64,000 nucleotides of DNA from an uncultured Actinomycetes bacterium (GTDB lineage: Bacteria > Actinomycetota > Thermoleophilia > UBA2241), in assembly GCA_963755025.1 (NCBI GenBank), contig CAVWIH010000014.1, forward strand, positions 288,001 through 352,000, in the 5' to 3' direction. The notes under the pieces were generated by a model. That model was not told the DNA's origin. It did not search any database and was given only the letters and a program-made list of their open reading frames with translations. Shown here piece by piece: positions 50,928-59,550 of this stretch (positions are counted from its first letter, which is position 1; each line of letters starts with the position of its first letter). The translations under genes were made by a program, and so were the position numbers.

Positions 50928-52343
50928 TTACCTGACCGCGACCCTGATCACCGACGTGTAGGCGCGGTAGTACCAGCCGTCGCCGGGGTAGCGCACCACA
51001 TACCAGGTGGTGTGCCGCGGGTGCAGGACGGGGCCGGTGTACGCGCCGTAGCCGTTCGCGCGGACGGTCGCGACCTTGCGCCAGCCCTTTGCTCCCGGGT
51101 TCCACGCGCTCGGCGGCCCGGCCGCCTTGGTGCGCTGGTAGACGGTCACGAACTTGATCTTGCCCACCTCGCTGCCCAGGTGACCCTGCGTGGGGATGAC
51201 GCCGCTCAGGCGCACCGCGCCGCCGGCGTGCACCGTGGCGTGCGACGCTTTCAGCGAGGCCACCTGGAAGTACGTGGTGAGATCGAGCGCGCTCGACTCG
51301 TCGTCGTAGCGCCAGATGTGGAGCTCGTAGTCGTAGCCGGGCGTCGATTTCGGCAGGGTCATCTTGCGGAGGAAGTCCTTGCCCTGACATGTCACGAAGA
51401 AGTTCCAGTCCTTCGTGGGGGCTGTAGCGGGCCACTGTGAGTAGCCGTAGAAAGCCGCCTCATAGCCTTTAGGCCAGTTGTTGAAGTAAAGCCACACAGT
51501 GCTGCCCGCCTTGCCCGACTGCCAGTAGGGAGACTCGATCCAGGCGGTCCGGCCGTTGGCCTCGTCGAAGGTCATGGTCTGCCCGTCAGACGTTCCGGGC
51601 GTGACAGGCAGGGTCTCGGGGGCGTTCCACTCGATGCCCTGGTTGGCATAGGGGTACGCTACGGCGTAATCGTAGTCGGGCGCCATGACGAGCGCGTGCG
51701 TCGTGACAGTCGCGTTGCTGCTGTCGGTGACCCAGGTCGTGCCGCCGCCGTCGGTCCCATAGGTGTCGATGCGCGCTTCGCTCCAGCCCCAGCCGTCGTA
51801 GCTGTCTGTGCGCAGCACCTCGGCCGTGGTGGCGCCGGGCCGCAGCGTAAAGTTGTTCGGTCCGTTCTGCGTGAAGGTGTCGTTCCAGCTCTGGCAGCCG
51901 TTGTCGTCGGTGAAGTAGGCGTCGATCTCACCCTGCGTCGTGGCGGGCGCGCCGGTGTAGGTGAAGTCGCCCTGGGCGTCGGTGGTGGTGGTGCCGATGT
52001 ACTGGTCGTTGTCGGCCGCGTCGGTGTACCAGAGGTCGACCTCGGCGCCCGCCTCGGCGCTGCCGTCGAGGGCGAGGACCTGCCCGGTCACGGTGCAGGG
52101 ACCGGTGGTCATGGGCACCGCCAGCACGCTGGCCCGCGCGTGCAGGGCCGCTCTGCCGTGCGCCCGGGAGCGCGGCGTGAGGGCCGCCCGCAGCCCGGCC
52201 GGCAACGAGAACACGGTGTGCGCGCCGCGCGACGGCGCCGCGGTGACCGGTTGCGGCGCCCGCGGGGTGAGCGCCAGGCTTGCGGCCGGCCAGAGCAGGG
52301 CGGCGGCGAACACGGCGAACAGGTAGAGCGGCAGCTTCTTCAT
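50928..52343 (-). CDS. Secreted multi-beta-sandwich protein (carboxypeptidase-regulatory/Ig-like)
   Basis: Sec signal peptide MKKLPL...ASLA; TTTDAQGDF; Tyr/Trp/Thr-rich. Confidence 0.7.
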   Translation of the reverse strand: MKKLPLYLFAVFAAALLWPAASLALTPRAPQPVTAAPSRGAHTVFSLPAGLRAALTPRSRAHGRAALHARASVLAVPMTTGPCTVTGQVLALDGSAEAGAEVDLWYTDAADNDQYIGTTTTDAQGDFTYTGAPATTQGEIDAYFTDDNGCQSWNDTFTQNGPNNFTLRPGATTAEVLRTDSYDGWGWSEARIDTYGTDGGGTTWVTDSSNATVTTHALVMAPDYDYAVAYPYANQGIEWNAPETLPVTPGTSDGQTMTFDEANGRTAWIESPYWQSGKAGSTVWLYFNNWPKGYEAAFYGYSQWPATAPTKDWNFFVTCQGKDFLRKMTLPKSTPGYDYELHIWRYDDESSALDLTTYFQVASLKASHATVHAGGAVRLSGVIPTQGHLGSEVGKIKFVTVYQRTKAAGPPSAWNPGAKGWRKVATVRANGYGAYTGPVLHPRHTTWYVVRYPGDGWYYRAYTSVIRVAVR

Positions 52344-52522
52344 GGTCCCCCCGGTACGTTCGACTCCTCAAGTCCCACCGATTCTACTCCTTTGGTAAGA
52401 CGGCGAAAGCACGCAGCCCTCACTCGGCCACGCGGGCGGGACTGCCTGCTGGGCCACGCCTGCGCGACACCGCCCACGGTGATACGCTCAGCCGTCCGAC
52501 CACCCCGCCGAAGCGAGGCCCG

Positions 52523-52696
52523 ATGGAGCCGCTCACCATCACCCTGACGATGGCCAGGGAGACCAAGAACACGGTGCGTTACGAGGAACCCGAGACAGAC
52601 CAGCCGATGGTGATCGGCACGCTCTACGTTCACAAATGGGCGGTCAAGCGCCTCGCAGACCCGCAGACCATCACCGTCACGATCGCACCGGCCTGA
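52523..52696 (+). CDS. 57-aa small hypothetical protein
   Basis: GAGG RBS; MEPLTITLTMARETKNTVRYEE...IGTLYVHK; GC3-biased codons. Confidence 0.65.
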   Translation: MEPLTITLTMARETKNTVRYEEPETDQPMVIGTLYVHKWAVKRLADPQTITVTIAPA

Positions 52697-52754
52697 AGGC
52701 CGCACCCGATACGAGCCCGCGTACGCCGGCCGCGTTCGCGCTGCGCCGACGCTC

Positions 52755-53405
52755 GTGAACAGCCTGCTCGCCGGCCTTCTCGTGCCGGCTCTCGCCATCG
52801 CCGTGAACCCGGTGCCGATCGTCGCCGTCGTGACGCTGCTCTCCGGCGACCACGGGCGCCGCAACGCCTTCACCTTTCTCGCCGCGATGGTGGTCGTCAT
52901 GCTCACGCTCGGCGTCCTGACCATCTTCGTGCTGGGCAGCGAGTCGGCGCGCAGCTCCGCGACTACCGCGCAGGCCGCCGCCCAGACGTTGTTCGGCCTT
53001 GTCTTTCTGGCGCTCTTCGTGGCGCAGTGGCGGGCCCGGCCCAGGCGCACCGAAGAACCTCCGGGCTGGATGCGCCTGATCGACAAGGCGGGCCTGGGCG
53101 CGGCCGTCGTGCTGGCCTTCGCCCTCACCAACTACGCGCTGCTCTCCGCGGGCGCCGGCGAGATCCGTACGTCCGGGGCGAGCGCTCCCGAGCAAGCCAC
53201 GGCGCTCGCCTTCTTCATCGCCGTCGCCGTGTCGACCGTCGCCACGCCGCTGGTCCTCTACCTCGTGCGCCCCGTTTGGGCGCGCGAGCAGCTCGGCCGG
53301 CTGCAGGATTGGCTCACCCGGTACGACCGCGTCATCCTGATGATCGTCTTCGGGGTGATGGGCGTGCTCTTCACCGCGCAGGGCGCGGCCGGCCTGCTGC
53401 ACTGA
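52755..53405 (+). CDS. GAP/Sap family membrane protein (paralog of 916-1575)
   Basis: AVNPVP, PGWM, W..RYDR; both paralogs end in ...LLH. Confidence 0.75.
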   Translation: MNSLLAGLLVPALAIAVNPVPIVAVVTLLSGDHGRRNAFTFLAAMVVVMLTLGVLTIFVLGSESARSSATTAQAAAQTLFGLVFLALFVAQWRARPRRTEEPPGWMRLIDKAGLGAAVVLAFALTNYALLSAGAGEIRTSGASAPEQATALAFFIAVAVSTVATPLVLYLVRPVWAREQLGRLQDWLTRYDRVILMIVFGVMGVLFTAQGAAGLLH

Positions 53406-53485
53406 GAACGGAGCGGCAGCCGGCGCCGCGGCCCGCGCCGGCGCCGGATCGCGGCACCCGCCCTCGGCGCCGCAACGCCTGCTCT

Positions 53486-54928
53486 TCAGTCGCGCAGCAG
53501 CTTGAGGTCGCCCTCGAGGATCTCGCGCATCGCCTCGCGACGCTCGGAGACGAGCTCGTCGACCGCGGCGGCAAAGGTCGACCAGGGCGGCTCGCCGGGC
53601 TTGATCACGCTCCGCACGTGGGCGGCGAAGGCCTCGCCGCCGGGCGTCGGCTTGACCGCCTCGACCGCGATCGACCACGCGGAAGGCGTGGCCAGCTGCT
53701 GACAGATGCGCAGCGAGACGACGTCGAGCTCGTCGCTCACCAGCACGACGGCGCCGCCCATGAGGGGCTGAGGCACCACGTGGTCGACCACCCAGCCGCC
53801 GGTGTTGACGACGCGCATGCCGCCCGCCGGCCAGCCGGGATCGCTCCACCACTGGCTGAACGGCTTGTGCGTGTGGCCCACCACCATGGTCACGTCGCCG
53901 GGCAGGGGGCGGTCCCACTCCCGGGCGAAGCTGTGGCGCACGGCGGACAGGTAACCCGCCAGGCCGTGGCGCGAGCCGGCGGTGATGACCTCATCGGTGC
54001 GGTCGCGCTCGCGCTCGTGCAAGCGCGCCGCCACGATGTGGCCGGCGGCCCGGCGTATGCCCCAGCCCTCCAGTCTGGCAAGCAGCGGGTTCTGCCGTTT
54101 GGTGACGGTCACGGCCAGGCCGCCGAGCATGGTCTGCACGGCGCGCGGGTCCTGCATGGAGTCATAGAGCTTCTCGATCAGGGCGCCGGCGCGCGACGAG
54201 CGGCCCATCGAACCCCAGAAGAAATCGACCCAGGCCCAGTTCTCGCGCTCGATCTCGTCGACGTCGGCGAGCGGCGGAGTCGACGGCTCAGCCACGCGCG
54301 CCATGGCCGAGAAGAGCGTGCCCACGCGTTCCATGTAGTGACCGTGCGTGATCAGCACGGCGCGCCCGCCGTCGGGCGACGTCAGGGCCAGCACCGGGTA
54401 CACGACGCGGATCCTTGCGGGCGTCGACGTGCGCAGGTAGTCGAGCGCCGCTTCGAGCAGGGGCGCCTCGTAGTGGGGCGGCCGCTCGAGGAACATCGAC
54501 GAGGTGTGCCACGACGTCGGGCCCTCCTCGATGGGCATGCCCGAACGCAGGTAGTCGACCGCGAGGCGCTCGCGGCTGAGCTCCCAGAGATGATGGTCGT
54601 GGTTACCCGGAATGAAGATGGCGTCGTGGGCCACGACCGGCGCTCCGTCGCCGGCGAGCGCGTCGACGAACTGCGCCACCACGGGCAGGCTCAGCGACGG
54701 CGAGGCCAGCGACAGCTCGACGAGGTCGCCGGCGGCGATCAAGGTGGGCAGCTCGCCGCCTTCGTTGCCCGACACGATGCTCCGCAGACAGTCGACCAGC
54801 GCGGTCATGACGGGGCTCGAACGGCGCGCGTCGGCCAGCGTCGTGCCCTGCTGCAGGCGGGTGAGGATGCTGTTCTCGGCCCCGAAATGCAGGTCTGAAA
54901 GGACGATGTAGCGCACCTGGCCGGCCAA
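53486..54928 (-). CDS. Calcineurin-like metallophosphoesterase
   Basis: SDLH, GDLVE, PGNHDH, THGH, GHTH, NTGGW; TTG start after GGAGG. Confidence 0.8.
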   Translation of the reverse strand: MAGQVRYIVLSDLHFGAENSILTRLQQGTTLADARRSSPVMTALVDCLRSIVSGNEGGELPTLIAAGDLVELSLASPSLSLPVVAQFVDALAGDGAPVVAHDAIFIPGNHDHHLWELSRERLAVDYLRSGMPIEEGPTSWHTSSMFLERPPHYEAPLLEAALDYLRTSTPARIRVVYPVLALTSPDGGRAVLITHGHYMERVGTLFSAMARVAEPSTPPLADVDEIERENWAWVDFFWGSMGRSSRAGALIEKLYDSMQDPRAVQTMLGGLAVTVTKRQNPLLARLEGWGIRRAAGHIVAARLHERERDRTDEVITAGSRHGLAGYLSAVRHSFAREWDRPLPGDVTMVVGHTHKPFSQWWSDPGWPAGGMRVVNTGGWVVDHVVPQPLMGGAVVLVSDELDVVSLRICQQLATPSAWSIAVEAVKPTPGGEAFAAHVRSVIKPGEPPWSTFAAAVDELVSERREAMREILEGDLKLLRD

Positions 54929-55076
54929 TTGCTCGCGCCTCCCTCGAAACGACCCCACGCGCGCTCGGCCCCGGTCACGGGCAGGGCGCGCACTCGCGAA
55001 GCGCGCGCCACTCGATCGGTGCGCGCTCCTCACACGTGAACGCTACATCGAACGAACGGCGCGACTCAAAGGAGAA

Positions 55077-55105
55077 GCACAGGAAACGCTCAGGGACTCT
55101 TCAGT
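55077..55105 (+). promoter_or_regulatory. MprA/OmpR-type direct-repeat box upstream of the htrA-like gene
   Basis: GCACAGG-aaac-GCTCAGG-gact-CTTCAGT, 11-bp period. Confidence 0.5.
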
Positions 55106-55219
55106 GCGGCCGGTTACAACCGTAGCGAGGCAGAAGAGCACACCGGGCCGAGGGCCGCGCGGGCGATCGCACGACGCGGTGCTCCTTGCGGTGATCAACA
55201 TCGAAGCTACGGAGGCACC

Positions 55220-56890
55220 ATGTCAGATCGATCGTCGCCGGGCGGGCCGTACGACAGGCTCGATCCCGACGAAGCGCGCACGACACGAATAGACTTCGGT
55301 CAAACGCCGGCGGGCGCGCCCAACACCCCCTGGAGCGCCCCGCAAGGCGACTGGGGCTCCCCGATACCCGAGGCGCCCACGCCGGGCGGCCGGGCCGCCG
55401 TGCCCACGTCGGGCGCCGTCGGCTGGGGCGCACCGTCGCCCGAGGCCGGCTGGACGCCGCTGCCGGGCGGCGGCTGGCGGCCGCCGCAGGGCAGCGACGC
55501 GACCTTCATCGCGCCGCCGCGTCAGGGCTTCGACCCTCCGCGGCCGCCCGACGACGGCGTGGCGGCCCCCTACTACCCAGAGGGTGGCGCGCCGCGCCGT
55601 AAGCATCGCCTGGCGCGTGTCGGAGCGACCGCGCTGCTGGTCGTCGCGGGCACGTTCCTGGGCGTCGCCATCAGCCACGACTTCTGGCAGTCCCACCCCA
55701 CCACGACGGCGCAGGCGCAACCCGCCGGCGGCTCCGGTTCGAGCTCCACGGGCGGCTCGACCATCGGCAACGGCAGCTCCGGATCGAGCGGCTCGTCGTT
55801 CGGCAACGGCTCCGGTTCCGGTTCCGGTAGCTCCCCGTTCGGCAGCGGCGACGGCTCGTCGTCGGGCGGCTCGTCGTCGGGCGGTTCGTCGAGCTCGGCC
55901 GCCGGCGCACCGAGCAACCAGAGCGCGATCGCCGCGGCGGTCGACCCCGCCCTGGTCGACATCAACGTCACGCTGGGCTACCAGTCCGGTCAGGCGGCGG
56001 CTACGGGCATCGTCCTCAACTCGTCCGGCCTCGTGCTCACCAACAACCACGTGGTCGACGGCGCGACCGCCATCACCGCTACCGACGTGGGTAACGGCAA
56101 GACCTACACGGCCACGGTGCTGGGCTACGATCGCAGCCACGACATCGCCCTCATCCAACTGCAGAACGCCTCTGGCCTGAAGTCGGCGCAGCTCGGCGAC
56201 TCCTCCAAGATCTCGGTCGGCGACGCGGTCGTCGCCCTGGGTAACGCCGGCGGCGTGGGCGGCACGCCCAGCGCAGCGGGTGGTTCCCTGGTCGCCCTGA
56301 ACCAGCAGATCACGGCGGGCGACGAGACGTCGGGCAGCTCCGAGCAGCTGAGCGGCATGATCCAGACCAACGCCGCGATCGAGCCCGGAGACTCCGGCGG
56401 ACCGCTGGTCAACGCCTCCGGACAGGTGATCGGCATCGACTCGGCCGGCGGCTCGAGCAGCGACGGCTTCGGCACCTCGCAGACCACCCAGGGCTTCGCC
56501 GTGCCGGTGAACACGGCGATGGCGATCGTCAACGAGATCCAGACGAACACGACGTCGGCCACGGTGCACATCGGCGCGACGGCCTTCCTGGGCGTCGGTC
56601 TCGAGTCGGCGAGCGACCAGAGCGGCTTCGGTTTCGGCGGCGGTTCCGGCTCGTCGACCTCGGGCGCGCTCATCGCCAGCGTGGTCTCCGGGGCGCCGGC
56701 GGCGCAGGCCGGCCTGGCAGCGGGCGACACCATCGTCTCGCTCGACGGCCACGCCGTCGATTCGCCGACGACGCTGAGCACGCTGATGGGCAGCCTCCAC
56801 CCCGGCGACAAGGTGTCGATCGGCTGGACCGACACGTCGGGCGCCCAGCACACGACCACCGTGACTCTGGCCAGCGGACCGGCCGCCTGA
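55220..56890 (+). CDS. Membrane-anchored HtrA/PepD-like serine protease with PDZ domain
   Basis: LTNNHV, DIAL, GDSGGPL; Pro-rich N-terminus, TM helix, Gly/Ser linker, PDZ. Confidence 0.92.
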   Translation: MSDRSSPGGPYDRLDPDEARTTRIDFGQTPAGAPNTPWSAPQGDWGSPIPEAPTPGGRAAVPTSGAVGWGAPSPEAGWTPLPGGGWRPPQGSDATFIAPPRQGFDPPRPPDDGVAAPYYPEGGAPRRKHRLARVGATALLVVAGTFLGVAISHDFWQSHPTTTAQAQPAGGSGSSSTGGSTIGNGSSGSSGSSFGNGSGSGSGSSPFGSGDGSSSGGSSSGGSSSSAAGAPSNQSAIAAAVDPALVDINVTLGYQSGQAAATGIVLNSSGLVLTNNHVVDGATAITATDVGNGKTYTATVLGYDRSHDIALIQLQNASGLKSAQLGDSSKISVGDAVVALGNAGGVGGTPSAAGGSLVALNQQITAGDETSGSSEQLSGMIQTNAAIEPGDSGGPLVNASGQVIGIDSAGGSSSDGFGTSQTTQGFAVPVNTAMAIVNEIQTNTTSATVHIGATAFLGVGLESASDQSGFGFGGGSGSSTSGALIASVVSGAPAAQAGLAAGDTIVSLDGHAVDSPTTLSTLMGSLHPGDKVSIGWTDTSGAQHTTTVTLASGPAA

Positions 56891-57045
56891 GGCCAGCGAC
56901 CACCCGGCCCGAGCCGGCTGCAGATCAGGCAAACCGGCGCCCCCGTCGCACCATGCGGCGGGGGCGCCGGCGCGTGAGCCGGGGCCCGTCCCAAAGGGTG
57001 CTGGGTGGCTCAGGAGCGCGGAGGGCCGCTGCGTGAGGTCTCGCC

Positions 57046-57995
57046 CTACTCCTCGCCGTCCCAGTAGGCGGCCCGCTCGAAGCGGCCCACGACACCGAGG
57101 CTCAGGAGGGCGATCTTGCCCGAACGCGGGTACCACGTGACGTCGTCTGTGTCGCGGTTGCCGTAGGCGAGGTAGGTCAGGCCGTCCGGGCCGCCGCGCA
57201 AGGCGTGGGCGATGCCGGTGCCGGCCGCCACGCTCAAGACATCGCCCTGCTTGACGGCGTGTTCCTGAGGCTGCCAGCCGGCGACCCCGGCCGCCTGGTC
57301 GAGGTACGCGCCGCTACCGGCGAGCACGACGAACAGCTCTTCGCAGCCGCTGTGGCAGTGTGGCGGCGGGCCCGTCTTGCCGTCGGGGAGCTCGAAGAGC
57401 CGCAGGTTCGTGCGCTGCGCCCCGGCCGCGAGACCGAGCTCGCGGCGAGAGCACACGGAGTCGCCGTGCTCCCAGCGAGTGAGCTCCACGTCGGCGGCGC
57501 GCACGATCGAGTCGGGCCGCGACGACGGCTCCGGCATCTCGAGGTCGCCCACGGCGGCCTCCTGGGCGAAGGGGTGATCGGTCTCGCCGGCCTTGACCCA
57601 GCTGGCGCCCAGCCACGCCACCCGGGCGCGCGGCAGGTAACAGGCTTCCGAGGCCGTACGCTCGCCGAAGGCCAGTACATCGAGCCCGTCGGGCCCGGCG
57701 ATGAGGGTGTGGGCCGGCCCGTCGATGCGGTGCACGAGGCAGTCGCCGACCTCTATGCGATGCGTCGCGCTGGCCTGCCAGCTCAGTCCCGAGCCGGCCA
57801 GCACGTAGAAGATCTCCTCTTCGCCGCTGTGGGTATGGGCCGGCGTCGAGCGCTTGCCCGGCTCTATCTCGAACCGCCGCAGGCCCACCTTGCGCGTGCC
57901 GGCGGCCAAGCCGAGGTCGCGACACGTGGAGTCGAGGGGCCCCACCGTGATCCGTCTGCCCTGCACGTCGTCCCAGTTGACCGCAACTACCTCAT
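57046..57995 (-). CDS. Bicupin protein (probable -1 indel just after the ATG)
   Basis: Two H.H...EE...V..G / H.L cupin motifs; the strong RBS + ATG at 57995 is out of frame by one base. Confidence 0.8.
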
Positions 57996-58118
57996 AGTCT
58001 CCCCTTCCCGAGACCGGCGTCGGCCTCGCTCGGACGCCGGCGGCCCGCGGCGACGCTCTCACCGCCGCGCGATTGTACGTCGTCGCCGCGACGGCCGCGC
58101 CTGCAGTACGATAGCCGC

Positions 58119-58940
58119 GTGGACGACCCGACGGGCGCATACGAGGAGCTGCGGTTCGCCTACGCACGCACGGCCACCACCGACACGCTGCGCATGGCCG
58201 CGACGCGGCACCACATTCCGGTGCTTGCCGAGATCGACGTCACCGCGGCTCGCGAAGCCCTCGGCCGCCACGATCGACAGGGCGACGACTTCTCGTTCAC
58301 GGCCTGGGCCGTGAAGTGCATCGCCCAGGCGGCCTGCGAACACGGTCGCATCCACGCCGTGCGCCACGGGCGCCGCAAGCTGGTGGTCTTCGCCGACGTC
58401 GATGTCGCGCTCGCGGTGTACCGGCGCCTCGACGGCGACGGCGCCGACGAGCGGCTGCCCATGCCCTACGTGGTGCGGCGCGCCCAAGCCAAAGACGTCG
58501 GCGAGCTCAGCCGCGAGATCCGCAACGCCCAGACGCGGCCGCTGGCCCCCGGCAAGCAGTGGCTCGATGGCATGACGCCGCCGCCGTGGCTGCTGCGTCT
58601 CGGCTTCGCCGCGCCGTTTCACCTGCGCAAGTGGCTTTATTGGGATCGCCTGCTACGCGACCCCTGGAGAATGAAGCGCACGATGGGCACGGTCATGGTC
58701 ACCTCGGTGCCTCTCGCGAGCCGCTCGGGCGGCGGCGCCTGGGCGATCCCGGCCGGCGTGCACCCGCTCACCGTGGCCCTCGGCGCGGTGGGCCGCCGCC
58801 CGCCGTCGGCGGAGGGCGGCGCCGCCCGCGAGCTGCTCAGCGTGACCGTGCTCTTCGACCACGACGTGGTCGATGGCCTGCCGGTCGCGCTCTTCCTGCG
58901 GCGCCTGAGTGCACTGATGGAGAGCGCATCCGCGCTCTGA
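58119..58940 (+). CDS. Stand-alone 2-oxoacid dehydrogenase E2-type acyltransferase catalytic domain
   Basis: EIDVT, SFTAW.VK, GT.MVT, FDHDVVDG; no lipoyl domain. Confidence 0.8.
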   Translation: MDDPTGAYEELRFAYARTATTDTLRMAATRHHIPVLAEIDVTAAREALGRHDRQGDDFSFTAWAVKCIAQAACEHGRIHAVRHGRRKLVVFADVDVALAVYRRLDGDGADERLPMPYVVRRAQAKDVGELSREIRNAQTRPLAPGKQWLDGMTPPPWLLRLGFAAPFHLRKWLYWDRLLRDPWRMKRTMGTVMVTSVPLASRSGGGAWAIPAGVHPLTVALGAVGRRPPSAEGGAARELLSVTVLFDHDVVDGLPVALFLRRLSALMESASAL

Positions 58941-59006
58941 CCGGGCGCCGTCGATGGCCCAGGCGTCCCGTGCCATCGGGTTCCCGCAGGGCGCGAACAC
59001 GTTGCG

Positions 59007-59348
59007 CTACGCGCTGCGCCCCAGGCCCTGCTCCTCCTCGATCGTCAGCTCGGCCAGGGGGTCTGCCTGCAGCCGTCCGTCGGGGATGGGGCGTCCGCTC
59101 TCGATCGAGCGGCCGTAGGTGCCCGCCGCGAGCCGCTCTTCGGCGCGCTCGAGTGCCGCGAGGCGCTCGTCCAAGTCGTCCTGCGACCCCTCCGCGTACT
59201 CGAGCTCGGTCAGGTCCGACGCCTGGTCGGGCGGCTGGTCCTCGTTAGAGAGCTCGCGCCCGCGTTCGGCCTCGCGCGAGTCGGCCAGAGCCTGCTCGAT
59301 GCGCCGCCGTTCGGCGGCCAGGAGCTCTCGTGCGCGCTGTGCGTCCAT
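59007..59348 (-). CDS. DksA/TraR-like protein lacking zinc-finger cysteines
   Basis: Coiled coil with DQASD, then GTYGRSIESGRPIPDGRL.A.P.A.LTIEE. Confidence 0.8.
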   Translation of the reverse strand: MDAQRARELLAAERRRIEQALADSREAERGRELSNEDQPPDQASDLTELEYAEGSQDDLDERLAALERAEERLAAGTYGRSIESGRPIPDGRLQADPLAELTIEEEQGLGRSA

Positions 59349-59550
59349 GGTCCTCCCTTCAGATAAGCCGCTTGCGTCACTCCCGCTGCTGGCGAGGTTC
59401 CCGGGACGGCAGACTCCCAAGCGGCCCGCCACCTCAAGCGGCGCGCTACCCTGGGCGACGCGTTGCCCGGGCGGCGTCATGCATTACGCCTGCGGCATAC
59501 GGCCGCGCCGGTACCGTTTTTGAAGACGTTTCCCGCGAAAGGGCACCGCA

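Noticed and set aside
50928-52696. Possible mobile-element or prophage remnant
   Set aside because: No integrase, transposase, terminal repeats or phage structural motifs are visible.
55720-55910. Low-complexity repeats inside the htrA-like gene (and the GYGPG repeats at about 32460-32550)
   Set aside because: They are ordinary Gly/Ser or Gly/Pro protein linkers, not independent DNA elements.
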